From assembly GCA_963770955.1 (NCBI GenBank), contig CAVYRK010000011.1:650745-714744 (forward strand): 64,000 bases of DNA. The letters are read 5' to 3'. Origin of the DNA: an uncultured Actinomycetota bacterium (lineage in GTDB: Bacteria; Actinomycetota; UBA4738). The position numbers and the translations under genes are program-made. Below are positions 29,071-36,647 of this stretch, one piece after another (position 1 is the first letter of the stretch; each line of letters starts with the position of its first letter). A model generated the notes under the pieces. That model was not told the DNA's origin. It ran no database searches and worked only from the letters and a program-made list of their open reading frames with translations.

Positions 29071-29298
29071 CTACCGGGACGCCTCAACCCGGCCGTCCGC
29101 GGCCGGCGTGACCGGCATCCTGGATCCCCGGCGGGACCCGGGCTGCTGCGCTGCCAGCCGGGTTGACCGCCTCAGGTGAGCTGCCAGCCGACGCCGCTGG
29201 GTGTGGCGGGCTTCACGGGCCCGCCGCGCCTCACCGGCCTCGGTAATCAGATCCCGGGTGTGCTCAGCGGCGAGCTGCCGCAGGATGTCCGGATGCAT
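29071..29298 (-). CDS. Arg-rich small hypothetical protein divergent from the sigma factor gene
   Basis: 'MHPDILRQLAAEHTRDLITEAGEARRAREARH...'. GAGGAGG RBS. It is the tail of an otherwise spurious 456-aa antisense ORF. Confidence 0.5.
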   Translation of the reverse strand: MHPDILRQLAAEHTRDLITEAGEARRAREARHTQRRRLAAHLRRSTRLAAQQPGSRRGSRMPVTPAADGRVEASR

Positions 29299-29544
29299 GG
29301 TGTCCTCCTCGCGGGGGTCGATCTTCGCTAACCGGTATCGAGCTGGCGTACTGGAATCGGGGGTCGGCCCACAATGGAACGGCCATTGGCGATAGCAGGC
29401 CCGGTGGGCGGATCGTCCGGGCGGTCGGTAGTGCATACACCGCGGCACTGGGAAACTGGGCGCCCGCGAGCCGCCCAGTTCACGCCGTGGGCGGTGTATA
29501 TACCGGGCGGAGGCACGACGTGGTGCGGAAGGAAGGAGCGCAGG

Positions 29545-30555
29545 ATGGTGACAGCCGATCTGCTCTCGCGGGCGCGGGCAGGGGATGGAGAGGCGTTCCG
29601 GGAGCTGGCCGAGTCCCACCGGCGGGAGCTGCAGGTGCACTGCTACCGGATGCTCGGATCCTTTCAGGAGGCCGAAGACGCCGTCCAGGAGACGATGCTG
29701 GCCGCCTGGCAAGGCATCGGCGGGTTCGCTGAGGAGCGCGCGTCGCTGCGCACCTGGCTGTACAAGATCGCCACCAACCGGTGCCTCAACGCGCGCCGCG
29801 CGGCGAGCCGGCGCCCGGCCAGGGAGTGGGACATGTCGCAGTTCGAAGCGCCCGTTCCGACGCCGCGCGACGAAGCCGTCTGGCTGCAGCCGTTTCCTGA
29901 CGCATTCCTCGAGCACGCCGTCGGCCGGCCGCTCGGGCCGGAGGCCCGCTACGAGCAGAGCGAAACCATCTCGCTGGCCTTCGTGGCCGCCCTGCAGTTG
30001 CTTCCGCCGCGCCAGGTCGCCGTCCTCATCTTGCGCGACGTCCTGGGATTCCACGCCAGCGAGGTGGCCGAGATGCTGGAGGTGACCGTCCAATCGGTCA
30101 ACAGCGCCCTCAAACGAGCCCGCGCCAGCCTGCAGCGCCGGCAGCCAGCCGCCGGCCACCAGCCGCCGCCCGCCGCAGGCTCGCCCGCCGAGGATGCGAT
30201 CGTGGCCATGTTCGCCCGCGCATGGGAGTCGGCCGATCTCGACGCACTGGTGGCCCTGCTGACCGACGATGTCTTCATCGCTATGCCTCCGGAGCCATTC
30301 GGATACGAGGGCCGTGACGTCGTGGCCCGCTACTGGGCCCGCCAGTTCGGCGCGGGCCGCAGGTTCGACCTCGTGCCGACCCGAGCCAACGGCCAGCCCG
30401 CGTTTGCGGCATACCTGCGCGTCCCGGCCGGAATCCGCCACGCGAGCGGCTTCTACGTGCTCACCCTGGCCGGCGACCGGATCTGCGGCATGACCCGGTT
30501 CGACAACAGCGTGCTGCCGTCGTTCGGGCTACCGCGATCGGTCCCGGCCCGGTGA
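29545..30555 (+). CDS. ECF-type sigma-70 family sigma factor with SnoaL-like C-terminal extension
   Basis: Region 2 'HRRELQVHCYRMLGSFQEAEDAVQETMLAAW'. Region 4 'LPPRQVAVLILRDVLGFHASEVAEMLEVTVQSVNSALKRAR'. About 130-aa C-terminal domain. GGAAGGAG RBS. Confidence 0.9.
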   Translation: MVTADLLSRARAGDGEAFRELAESHRRELQVHCYRMLGSFQEAEDAVQETMLAAWQGIGGFAEERASLRTWLYKIATNRCLNARRAASRRPAREWDMSQFEAPVPTPRDEAVWLQPFPDAFLEHAVGRPLGPEARYEQSETISLAFVAALQLLPPRQVAVLILRDVLGFHASEVAEMLEVTVQSVNSALKRARASLQRRQPAAGHQPPPAAGSPAEDAIVAMFARAWESADLDALVALLTDDVFIAMPPEPFGYEGRDVVARYWARQFGAGRRFDLVPTRANGQPAFAAYLRVPAGIRHASGFYVLTLAGDRICGMTRFDNSVLPSFGLPRSVPAR

Positions 30556-30830
30556 TCACCCTTGGAGCAGAGATAGTGAGCAGCAGCGATCCTGGCTGGG
30601 GAATGCGCCCTGGAATACCAGAGCCTCAGTAAGATCCCCGGCCCATCCGCCGCGGCGGGCGGCACGCAGGCAGCAGGCGGAGCGGCGGCCACAGGCATTG
30701 CCCCAACCCCGCCCTGGACTGGAAGGGCCGACTTTAGGGCCTCGGATCTAAGGAATGGAGACAGAGGCCCCCGAAGCCAGCGGAACTGTTGAGGTGTACA
30801 AAGGAGGGGACCCAAACGACTGGAGGAACC

Positions 30831-31145
30831 ATGCAGGAAGCAAAGGCGGGCGACCGGATCCTCGTGACGGCCGCGAAGACGGGAGGAGCCTCCAGGGAGG
30901 GCGAGATCGTCGAGGTCATCGAAGGCGATCTTCGTATCCGCTACCGAGTGCAGTGGGCCGACGGCCACGAGAGCATGTACGCACCCGGTCCCGGAGCGGC
31001 CGAGCTGCTCCGTGGCAAGACACAGGGCAAGACCCCTGGCGCGAAGAAGCCGGCCGCCAAGAAGCGGGCGGACAAGAAGCCGAGCACCACAAGGGCTAGC
31101 GCGAAGAAATCTGGCAGCAAGAAGTCTGGCGCCAAGAAATCGTGA
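30831..31145 (+). CDS. DUF1918-domain protein with Lys/Ala/Pro-rich basic tail
   Basis: 'AKAGDRILVTAAKTGGASREGEIVEV...YRVQWADGHESMYAPGPGA', then 'KTPGAKKPAAKKRADKKPSTTRASAKKSGSKKSGAKKS'. Confidence 0.75.
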   Translation: MQEAKAGDRILVTAAKTGGASREGEIVEVIEGDLRIRYRVQWADGHESMYAPGPGAAELLRGKTQGKTPGAKKPAAKKRADKKPSTTRASAKKSGSKKSGAKKS

Positions 31146-31276
31146 CTCGAGGATCTCGGGTCGAAGAGACCAATTACAGCGGGGTGAACTGGCTTAGTCC
31201 CAACTTGGAGGAGACGGGCATGAAGAATTTGCAGCTCCCCTGCCAGCCCGCCGATAGGCCTCTTGCGGCTCTGTGC

Positions 31277-31706
31277 TTAGCTCGAGCCCACGTAGTAGCA
31301 GGGGTCCGACTTGCAGGCGAGCGCAGTCAAGAGACACTTAAAGGGACACCGAGAGTAGGCGTCAAGTCGCAGCGGGAGCCCACAGTAATAGAACTGGCTT
31401 GTGATTGAGAGGCCGTACCGATACGGGGAGGGATCAGTTGTATGCAATCTCCACCCCAATCGGAGAACTGATAGTCGATTTGGGTCCCTGATAGCTCACT
31501 AGCCAGAGCTGGTGCTGACGATTTATCTCTCCAAAAACGAGACCTCCGTTCGTGCAAATGCAATTCACGCGTTTGTTTCCGACTATCAGAGAGGCGCCCT
31601 CAACGTATCGGCATCGAGCACCGTTGGTGAGCTGCAACGCCCATGGCAACTGTCCTCGTATGAACGATGGCTCAGGTGGAAGGTTCGAAGGAAGGGCACG
31701 ATTCAA
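31277..31706 (-). pseudogene. Cys-rich small-ORF family, copy 2 (one frame break near 31435)
   Basis: ORF 31434..31706 ('...RCRYVEGASLIVGNKRVNCICTNGG...') continues in ORF 31277..31459 ('...YYCGLPLRLDAYSRCPFKCLLTALACKSDPCYYVGSS*'). Lies in a low-GC pocket. Confidence 0.45.
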
Positions 31707-31725
31707 GCGAACTCCCGTGACCCGG

Positions 31726-31979
31726 GTATCCGAGGGCCAAGTAGGGCAACTGCTACTCAGATTGATCGATGCATCAGAACAGGAGGCGCACGCGAAGGGT
31801 TGGGGGGTTGCGCCTTGGTACTACGAGCAGTTGGCAATCATCTATCACAAGCGGCGGACTACATGGATGAGATCGCGATCCTGGAACGTTTCGCGCAGAA
31901 GCCTCATGCGCCAGGGGCTGATCCTCCCAAATTGCTGGCTCGCTTGGAGAAGACCCGCGCTGAGCACCCTGTCGCCTAG
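31726..31979 (+). pseudogene. Fragment of a short TPR-like protein ('PWYYE.LAIIY' family), frame broken near 31856
   Basis: 'EQEAHAKGWGVAPWYYEQLAIIYHKRR' (ORF 31552.. frame) joins 'DYMDEIAILERFAQKPHAPGADPPKLLARLEKTRAEHPVA*' (ORF 31512..31979). Confidence 0.45.
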
Positions 31980-33432
31980 CTCGCCCGTCGGTCGGTGCAT
32001 GAGGGAGGTGTTCGTCCGGACTCGTCCGCGACGACCTCCAGAGCCAATTTCGCCACAAGGTGAAGGCGATCACCAGCGCGAGCCAGGAACCCCCGAGCGC
32101 ATACCCTCCCAGAACATCGGTCATCCAGTGTGCGCCCAGGTAGATGCGCGACCCACCCACGATGAGCACGATGACGGCTCCAACTCCCCACAGCCAGGCC
32201 CGGGCTCGGGTGGATCGCGAGAGGCACAACAGGAACGCGAGCATGCCGTAGAAGGCGGTCGCCTGCGTCGCGTGGCCGGATGGGAAGGCCGACCCCGTGT
32301 AGGTGCCGATCCAATACTGTTCCGGAGGCCGAGCCCGGCCGACGATCGGCTTCACGATGTCGTATAGGGCAACTGCCCCGAAGAGCGCCACCGCCAGGAG
32401 CACGCTCGGCCGCCACTCCCTTCGGCGCCACCAGAGGATGCCGGCAAAGAGGGCGAGCGCCGGGTACAGCAGAGCGGTCGAACCGAGCCACGTCGCCACC
32501 GTGAAGAACGAGGTTGCCGCGTTCGTCCGGTGAGCCACGACCCAGCTCAGCACGTGGGGATCCGCGAGATACGCGTCGTCGTGTGCGACGACGTCCTGGG
32601 TGAGTCCCCCGAACCACCAGAGGAACAGCGCCGCCACGGCGAAGGAGAACGTGAGCGCGAACCCCTGGCGGTCCGAGACGTCGAGCCGGCGGCGGAGCCA
32701 CCCGACCTGAGCGGGGTATCGGCGCCGCAGCCACGCGACCGGTGGACTGTTGGCACCCCGTTCTGCGAGGGCGCGCACGCGTCCCGAGCGAATCTCGAGC
32801 TTGCGGATCATGCGGCCACAGACGAGGGCGAGAACGACGAGCCCGAGCAGCACCAATCCGAACTGACCGGCGATCCGCGCGACGTGACGCCAGCTCGCCC
32901 CGGCCACGTAGCCGAGGAGGGCGAATCCGGTGCCCCATAGGACGCCGCCGGCGACGTTGTAGGCGAGGAACGTCGGATAGTGCACGTCCGACATGCCCGC
33001 GAGGCCGGGAACCAGCACTCGGAGCGCGGTGGTGAAACGTCCGAAGAACACCGCGGCGCCCTGCCTGCGACGGACGTACTCCTGCGCATCGTCGAGGTGC
33101 TTGTCGAGGTGGCGCTTGATGAGCGGCAGTCGCCCGATCGTGCCCTGGAGCATGCCGCGGCCCCAGCGGCGACCGATGAAGTACCCGGCGGAATCGCCGA
33201 TGATCGCGCCGGCGACCGCCGCCACGATCACGGCCCAGAGCGGGACGGTTCCCCGCCAGGCACTGACGCCCCCGAGGAGCACCACGATTTCGCCGGGAAA
33301 CACGAAGCCGATGAAGGCCGAGGCCTCGAGGGCGGGGAGCAGGAAGACGAGCGTGATGACGAGCCAGCCCGGCAGCGACAGGATGCGGTCGGTGACACTC
33401 CCGAGTACCCCGGCGATCCCAAGATGATGCAC
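31774..33432 (-). CDS. DedA-family / PAP2 phosphatase fusion membrane protein (C-terminal tail probably read-through)
   Basis: DedA 'FIGFVFPGEIVVLLGG...GRFTTALRVLVPGLAG'. PAP2 'KPIVGRARP...SFPSGHA...SRIYLGAHWMTDVLGG'. The last 70 or so codons are antisense to the TPR-like fragment. Confidence 0.8.
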   Translation of the reverse strand: MHHLGIAGVLGSVTDRILSLPGWLVITLVFLLPALEASAFIGFVFPGEIVVLLGGVSAWRGTVPLWAVIVAAVAGAIIGDSAGYFIGRRWGRGMLQGTIGRLPLIKRHLDKHLDDAQEYVRRRQGAAVFFGRFTTALRVLVPGLAGMSDVHYPTFLAYNVAGGVLWGTGFALLGYVAGASWRHVARIAGQFGLVLLGLVVLALVCGRMIRKLEIRSGRVRALAERGANSPPVAWLRRRYPAQVGWLRRRLDVSDRQGFALTFSFAVAALFLWWFGGLTQDVVAHDDAYLADPHVLSWVVAHRTNAATSFFTVATWLGSTALLYPALALFAGILWWRRREWRPSVLLAVALFGAVALYDIVKPIVGRARPPEQYWIGTYTGSAFPSGHATQATAFYGMLAFLLCLSRSTRARAWLWGVGAVIVLIVGGSRIYLGAHWMTDVLGGYALGGSWLALVIAFTLWRNWLWRSSRTSPDEHLPHAPTDGRARRQGAQRGSSPSEPAIWEDQPLAHEASARNVPGSRSHPCSPPLVIDDCQLLVVPRRNPPTLRVRLLF

Positions 33433-33451
33433 AGCATGAGCAGGATAGTGC

Positions 33452-33658
33452 TCAGGCTCCGGGCCAAATGGACTCAGGTGCGAGCGGCTGCCGCAGTAGA
33501 TTGACCACGTCCGACCTTCGGATGCTTGGGCGACCAACCGCAGGCTCCTTTACAGGGTGCAAGCGCCCCGCTCGGATCCACAGAAGGATGGTGTTGTACG
33601 TAACGCCGGCTTCGCGGGCAGCTTGGTGTCGCGTGACGAGCGCGTCTTGATCGCTCAT
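33452..33658 (-). CDS. Excisionase-family (HTH_17-like) DNA-binding protein
   Basis: 'LVTRHQAAREAGVTYNTILLWIRAGRLHPVK'. Confidence 0.7.
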   Translation of the reverse strand: MSDQDALVTRHQAAREAGVTYNTILLWIRAGRLHPVKEPAVGRPSIRRSDVVNLLRQPLAPESIWPGA

Positions 33659-33716
33659 AGGAGTTGACGTCCGAACGCCTCAAAGGGCGGTGCACCCCGG
33701 ACCGTTCAAGCCAGAC

Positions 33717-34088
33717 CTAGTCACCGCCGCTTTCGTCGCCAGAACCGCTCTGACCGGATGAATGTTCAGAGCTGAAGTCGCCCGACTCGTGATCCCCGGA
33801 GTCGGAGCTGTCGTCAGATTCGTGATCGTCGGACTCGTCCGTCGAGCTCTGCTGGAGATCGGACTCCTGATTGTCGGTACTCGACGCCATGGCCGGTGGT
33901 GACCACGAACCCACAGACTCCGACTCGTGGTGATGCCCCGTGGACGAAGTCGAGGCAATCGAGGGATTCCGGTGGGACCCGGCGTCAGCATGAGCTGACG
34001 TGAGCCCACCTGCCGCATACCCGGTCATCGCCCCGATCGCGAGTCCGGCCAAGATCCCGACAACCGCTTTCGCAGCTCTTCCTTTCAT
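33717..34088 (-). CDS. Membrane-anchored, highly acidic Ser/Asp/Glu-rich protein
   Basis: 'MKGRAAKAVVGILAGLAIGAMTGYAAGG' followed by a low-complexity tail 'HHHESESV...DESDDHESDDSSDSGDHESGDF'. AGGAAGGGG RBS. Confidence 0.5.
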   Translation of the reverse strand: MKGRAAKAVVGILAGLAIGAMTGYAAGGLTSAHADAGSHRNPSIASTSSTGHHHESESVGSWSPPAMASSTDNQESDLQQSSTDESDDHESDDSSDSGDHESGDFSSEHSSGQSGSGDESGGD

Positions 34089-34253
34089 GGGCAAGCCCCT
34101 TCCTAACGGTCTCGACACCGTAGGAGGGGGTGCGTAAGAGTTGGGTAACGCGGGGGTTAGAGGCAAGTCTCGGTTCCAGATAGGAGCAGTCCGCTCCACA
34201 AGAAGTTGAAAGGGGTGGTCCCGAGGAGGCCGCCTCCAATCAGAGATTGATTA

Positions 34254-34282
34254 GGGGTGGCCCGCCGCGTGCGGGCCACCCC
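34254..34282 (-). terminator. Perfect 12-bp GC hairpin downstream of gene 34310..34699
   Basis: GGGGTGGCCCGC-cgcgt-GCGGGCCACCCC. Confidence 0.6.
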
Positions 34283-34309
34283 CCTCCGAGACGCTCCTGC
34301 TCGGTTGCC

Positions 34310-34699
34310 CTAGAAGGCTGCCTTGGCCCTGCAGGTCTCACTCGTGACGAGGTTCTTGGCCCTTACCAGGATGTTGTCGGTCCCCGCCTGGTTGGCAGCG
34401 AAGCGCGTCGCGCTCCACGACCCATCGGCAGCAGTGGTCTTCGTGCCGGACCCGAACTTCACCCCGTTGTCGAACATGGCGAAGTGCCACGCCTGTCCCG
34501 CCACTGGCGTCTGCACCTCGACGTCGGACTCGATGCGCCCGGCGTCGCGCTTCAGCGTCAGCTTCCACGTGCTCGCGGCGCTGCAGTGCCCGGTCTTGAT
34601 GACCGCGTTCGGCGCCGCCGTGCGAGCGGAAGCGGCGGTTGCTGCGAACAGGGTCAGCCCCATCGCACCCACTACCACCAACCCGATGACCTTCCTCAT
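34310..34699 (-). CDS. Secreted hypothetical protein
   Basis: Signal peptide 'MRKVIGLVVVGAMGLTLFAATAASA'. 129 aa. A terminator follows. Confidence 0.65.
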   Translation of the reverse strand: MRKVIGLVVVGAMGLTLFAATAASARTAAPNAVIKTGHCSAASTWKLTLKRDAGRIESDVEVQTPVAGQAWHFAMFDNGVKFGSGTKTTAADGSWSATRFAANQAGTDNILVRAKNLVTSETCRAKAAF

Positions 34700-35054
34700 G
34701 TCGGCCCCCTTTCTCTTGAATTCGGCTCGACCCGCCGAGGCTAGACGCTCGTGGCCGCGGGTCTCCAGCCATCTACCGAGCCCTTACTCGAACGGGGAGG
34801 AAACTGATGCGAGTGCTTACCGTGGTTGACGAGACCCCGCCCTACGCTTCTCCCGCCGGGCGATCTCCGCCGCGAGTTCCCCCTTCTCGACAGCGCACGG
34901 GATCGCCCGGCATGGGCGCGATTGCCCCCCGCCCATGAGCCGACTGGTTCCTCCCGTGCCTAGCGCCGCGCCCTAAGGCGTCTCGCGACATCCATGCTCC
35001 GTTGTTGATGGCCCGCTGAATGGCTCGGGGGCCAGAGATCACGTTCCAGCGGTA

Positions 35055-35204
35055 CTGCCCGGCCCCGATCTAGCCCCCACACCCCGAGCCCGGGACGGGA
35101 GGCGACGCACCCCACCGACCCCCCACCCCACCCCACCACACCGCCGCCACCCAACCCCGAGGGGAAGGGACCACCACCCCGACCAGCCCCGAGCGACGCG
35201 GCGG
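35055..35204 (+). repeat. C/G-rich intergenic element, copy C
   Basis: Collinear with the reverse complement of 23839-23960. Contains 'caccccaccgaccccccaccccaccccaccacaccgccgccacccaacccc'. Confidence 0.55.
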
Positions 35205-35244
35205 CGCACCAGGACCCCGCGCGCACCCACCCCCCGACCGGTTT

Positions 35245-35274
35245 TTGACGATTTCGGGCGGCGCCCCGTAGTCT
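35245..35274 (+). promoter_or_regulatory. Putative promoter of the cDPG-synthetase-like / carbamate kinase operon
   Basis: TTGACG, 18-nt spacer, TAGTCT. Preceded by 'gcacccaccccccgaccgg'. A GGGCCCG/CGGGCCC hairpin lies in the 5' leader. Confidence 0.45.
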
Positions 35275-35326
35275 CGGCGGGCCCGGACCACGGGCCCTGA
35301 CCTGCGAGAAAGGCGAGGCACCCTCC

Positions 35327-36637
35327 ATGGCACGACGCGTTCTGATCATGGGCGCCGCCGGGCGCGACTTCCACAACTTCAACGTTGCCTACCGCGACGA
35401 CCCCGGCTCCGAGGTGGTGGCTTTCACGGCCACCCAGATTCCCTTCATCGACGACCGGCGCTACCCGCCCGAGCTGGCCGGCGATCGATACCCCGACGGC
35501 ATCCAGATCCATCCCGAGACGCAGCTCGACCACCTGATCCGCGACCTCGAGGTCGAGGACGTCGTCTTCTCCTACTCCGACGTCAGCCACACCTACGTCA
35601 TGCACATGGCGAGCCGCGTGATGGCCGCCGGCGCCAATTTCGTGCTCCTGGGGCCGAACGACACGATGCTCGGCGCCACCGTCCCGGTCGTGGCCGTCTG
35701 CGCCGTCCGCACCGGCTCGGGCAAGAGCCAGACCACCCGCAAGGTCGCCGATACGCTCCGCGCGAACGGCAAGACCCCGGTCGTCGTCCGCCACCCGATG
35801 CCGTACGGGAACCTGGTCGCGCAGCGCGTGCAGCGGTTCCAGACCCTGGAAGACCTGGACGCCGCGAATGTCACCATCGAGGAGCGCGAGGAGTACGAGC
35901 ACCACCTCCGCACCGGCACCGTCGTGTACGCCGGCGTCGACTACGGCGCCATCCTCGAGCAGGCCCAGCAGGAGTGCGACGTCCTGCTGTGGGACGGCGG
36001 CAACAACGACACCCCGTTCTACCGGCCCACCGTGCACATGACGGTGGTCGACCCGCTCCGCCCCGGGCACGAGGTCACGTACTTCCCCGGCGAGACGAAC
36101 CTCCGCATGGCCGACGTGCTGGTGATCAACAAGATCGACTCGGCCACGCCCGAGCAGGTCGCCGCCGTCGAGCGCTCGATCGCCGACACGAACCCCTCCG
36201 CCATGGTCATCAAGGCCCGCAGCGAGGTCACGGCCGAGGGCGGCGAGCAGATCGAGGGCAAGCGCGTCCTGGTGATCGAAGACGGTCCGACCCTGACCCA
36301 CGGCGAGATGCGCTACGGCGCGGGCGTGGTGGCGGCGAAGAAGCACGGCGCGGCCGAGATCGTCGACCCGCGCGACTACGCGGTCGGCACGCTGAAGGAC
36401 ACGTACGCGAAGTACGACATCGGCGACGTCCTCCCGGCGATGGGCTACAGCGACCAGCAGCTGAAGGACATGGAGCAGATGGTGAACAGCGTGCCGGCCG
36501 ACGTGGTCGTGATCGCGTCGCCGATCGACCTGCGGCACCTGCTGGACATCCAGAAGCCTGCCGTGCGCGTCGTCTACGACCTGGTCGAGGAGCCCGGCTC
36601 GCCCACCATCGCGGACGCCCTGAAGAAGGTCCTGTAG
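35327..36637 (+). CDS. Cyclic 2,3-diphosphoglycerate synthetase-like P-loop protein (COG2403-type)
   Basis: 436 aa. 'ILIMGAAGRDFHNFN' and P-loop 'RTGSGKSQTT'. The family is recalled from archaeal cDPG synthetases. Confidence 0.75.
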   Translation: MARRVLIMGAAGRDFHNFNVAYRDDPGSEVVAFTATQIPFIDDRRYPPELAGDRYPDGIQIHPETQLDHLIRDLEVEDVVFSYSDVSHTYVMHMASRVMAAGANFVLLGPNDTMLGATVPVVAVCAVRTGSGKSQTTRKVADTLRANGKTPVVVRHPMPYGNLVAQRVQRFQTLEDLDAANVTIEEREEYEHHLRTGTVVYAGVDYGAILEQAQQECDVLLWDGGNNDTPFYRPTVHMTVVDPLRPGHEVTYFPGETNLRMADVLVINKIDSATPEQVAAVERSIADTNPSAMVIKARSEVTAEGGEQIEGKRVLVIEDGPTLTHGEMRYGAGVVAAKKHGAAEIVDPRDYAVGTLKDTYAKYDIGDVLPAMGYSDQQLKDMEQMVNSVPADVVVIASPIDLRHLLDIQKPAVRVVYDLVEEPGSPTIADALKKVL

Positions 36638-36647
36638 GCCACCTGTC

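Noticed and set aside
29071-30441. Long antisense ORFs opposite well-supported genes (for example 29071..30441-, 35039..36802-, 15068..16984-, 48779..49996-, 55430..57256-, 58366..60393-, 38723..40495+)
   Set aside because: The translations are Arg/Pro/Gly/Ala-rich and low in complexity, with no family motifs. They mirror genes with clear homology on the other strand, which is a typical high-GC stop-codon-poor artefact.
31219-31408. Plus-strand 62-aa ORF 'MKNLQLPCQPADRPLAAL...' with a good GGAGGAG RBS inside the low-GC island
   Set aside because: It is antisense to Cys-rich ORF copy 2, whose C-terminus is conserved at the protein level with copy 1. There is no paralogue support for the plus-strand frame, though it cannot be fully excluded.
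33452-33658. The excisionase-like HTH gene as evidence for an integrated mobile element
   Set aside because: No integrase, transposase, att repeats or phage/conjugation genes are in the window. The HTH alone is insufficient, so it is kept as a weak hint only.
34868-34900. 'DLRREFPLLD', reminiscent of the N-terminus of class-V aminotransferases or cysteine desulfurases
   Set aside because: Only about 10 residues match, and the following sequence does not continue the family pattern.
35275-35326. GGGCCCG-gacca-CGGGCCC hairpin in the leader of the cDPG-synthetase-like gene, considered as a guanidine-II (mini-ykkC) style riboswitch
   Set aside because: The loop lacks the ACGR tetraloop, and only one hairpin is present.
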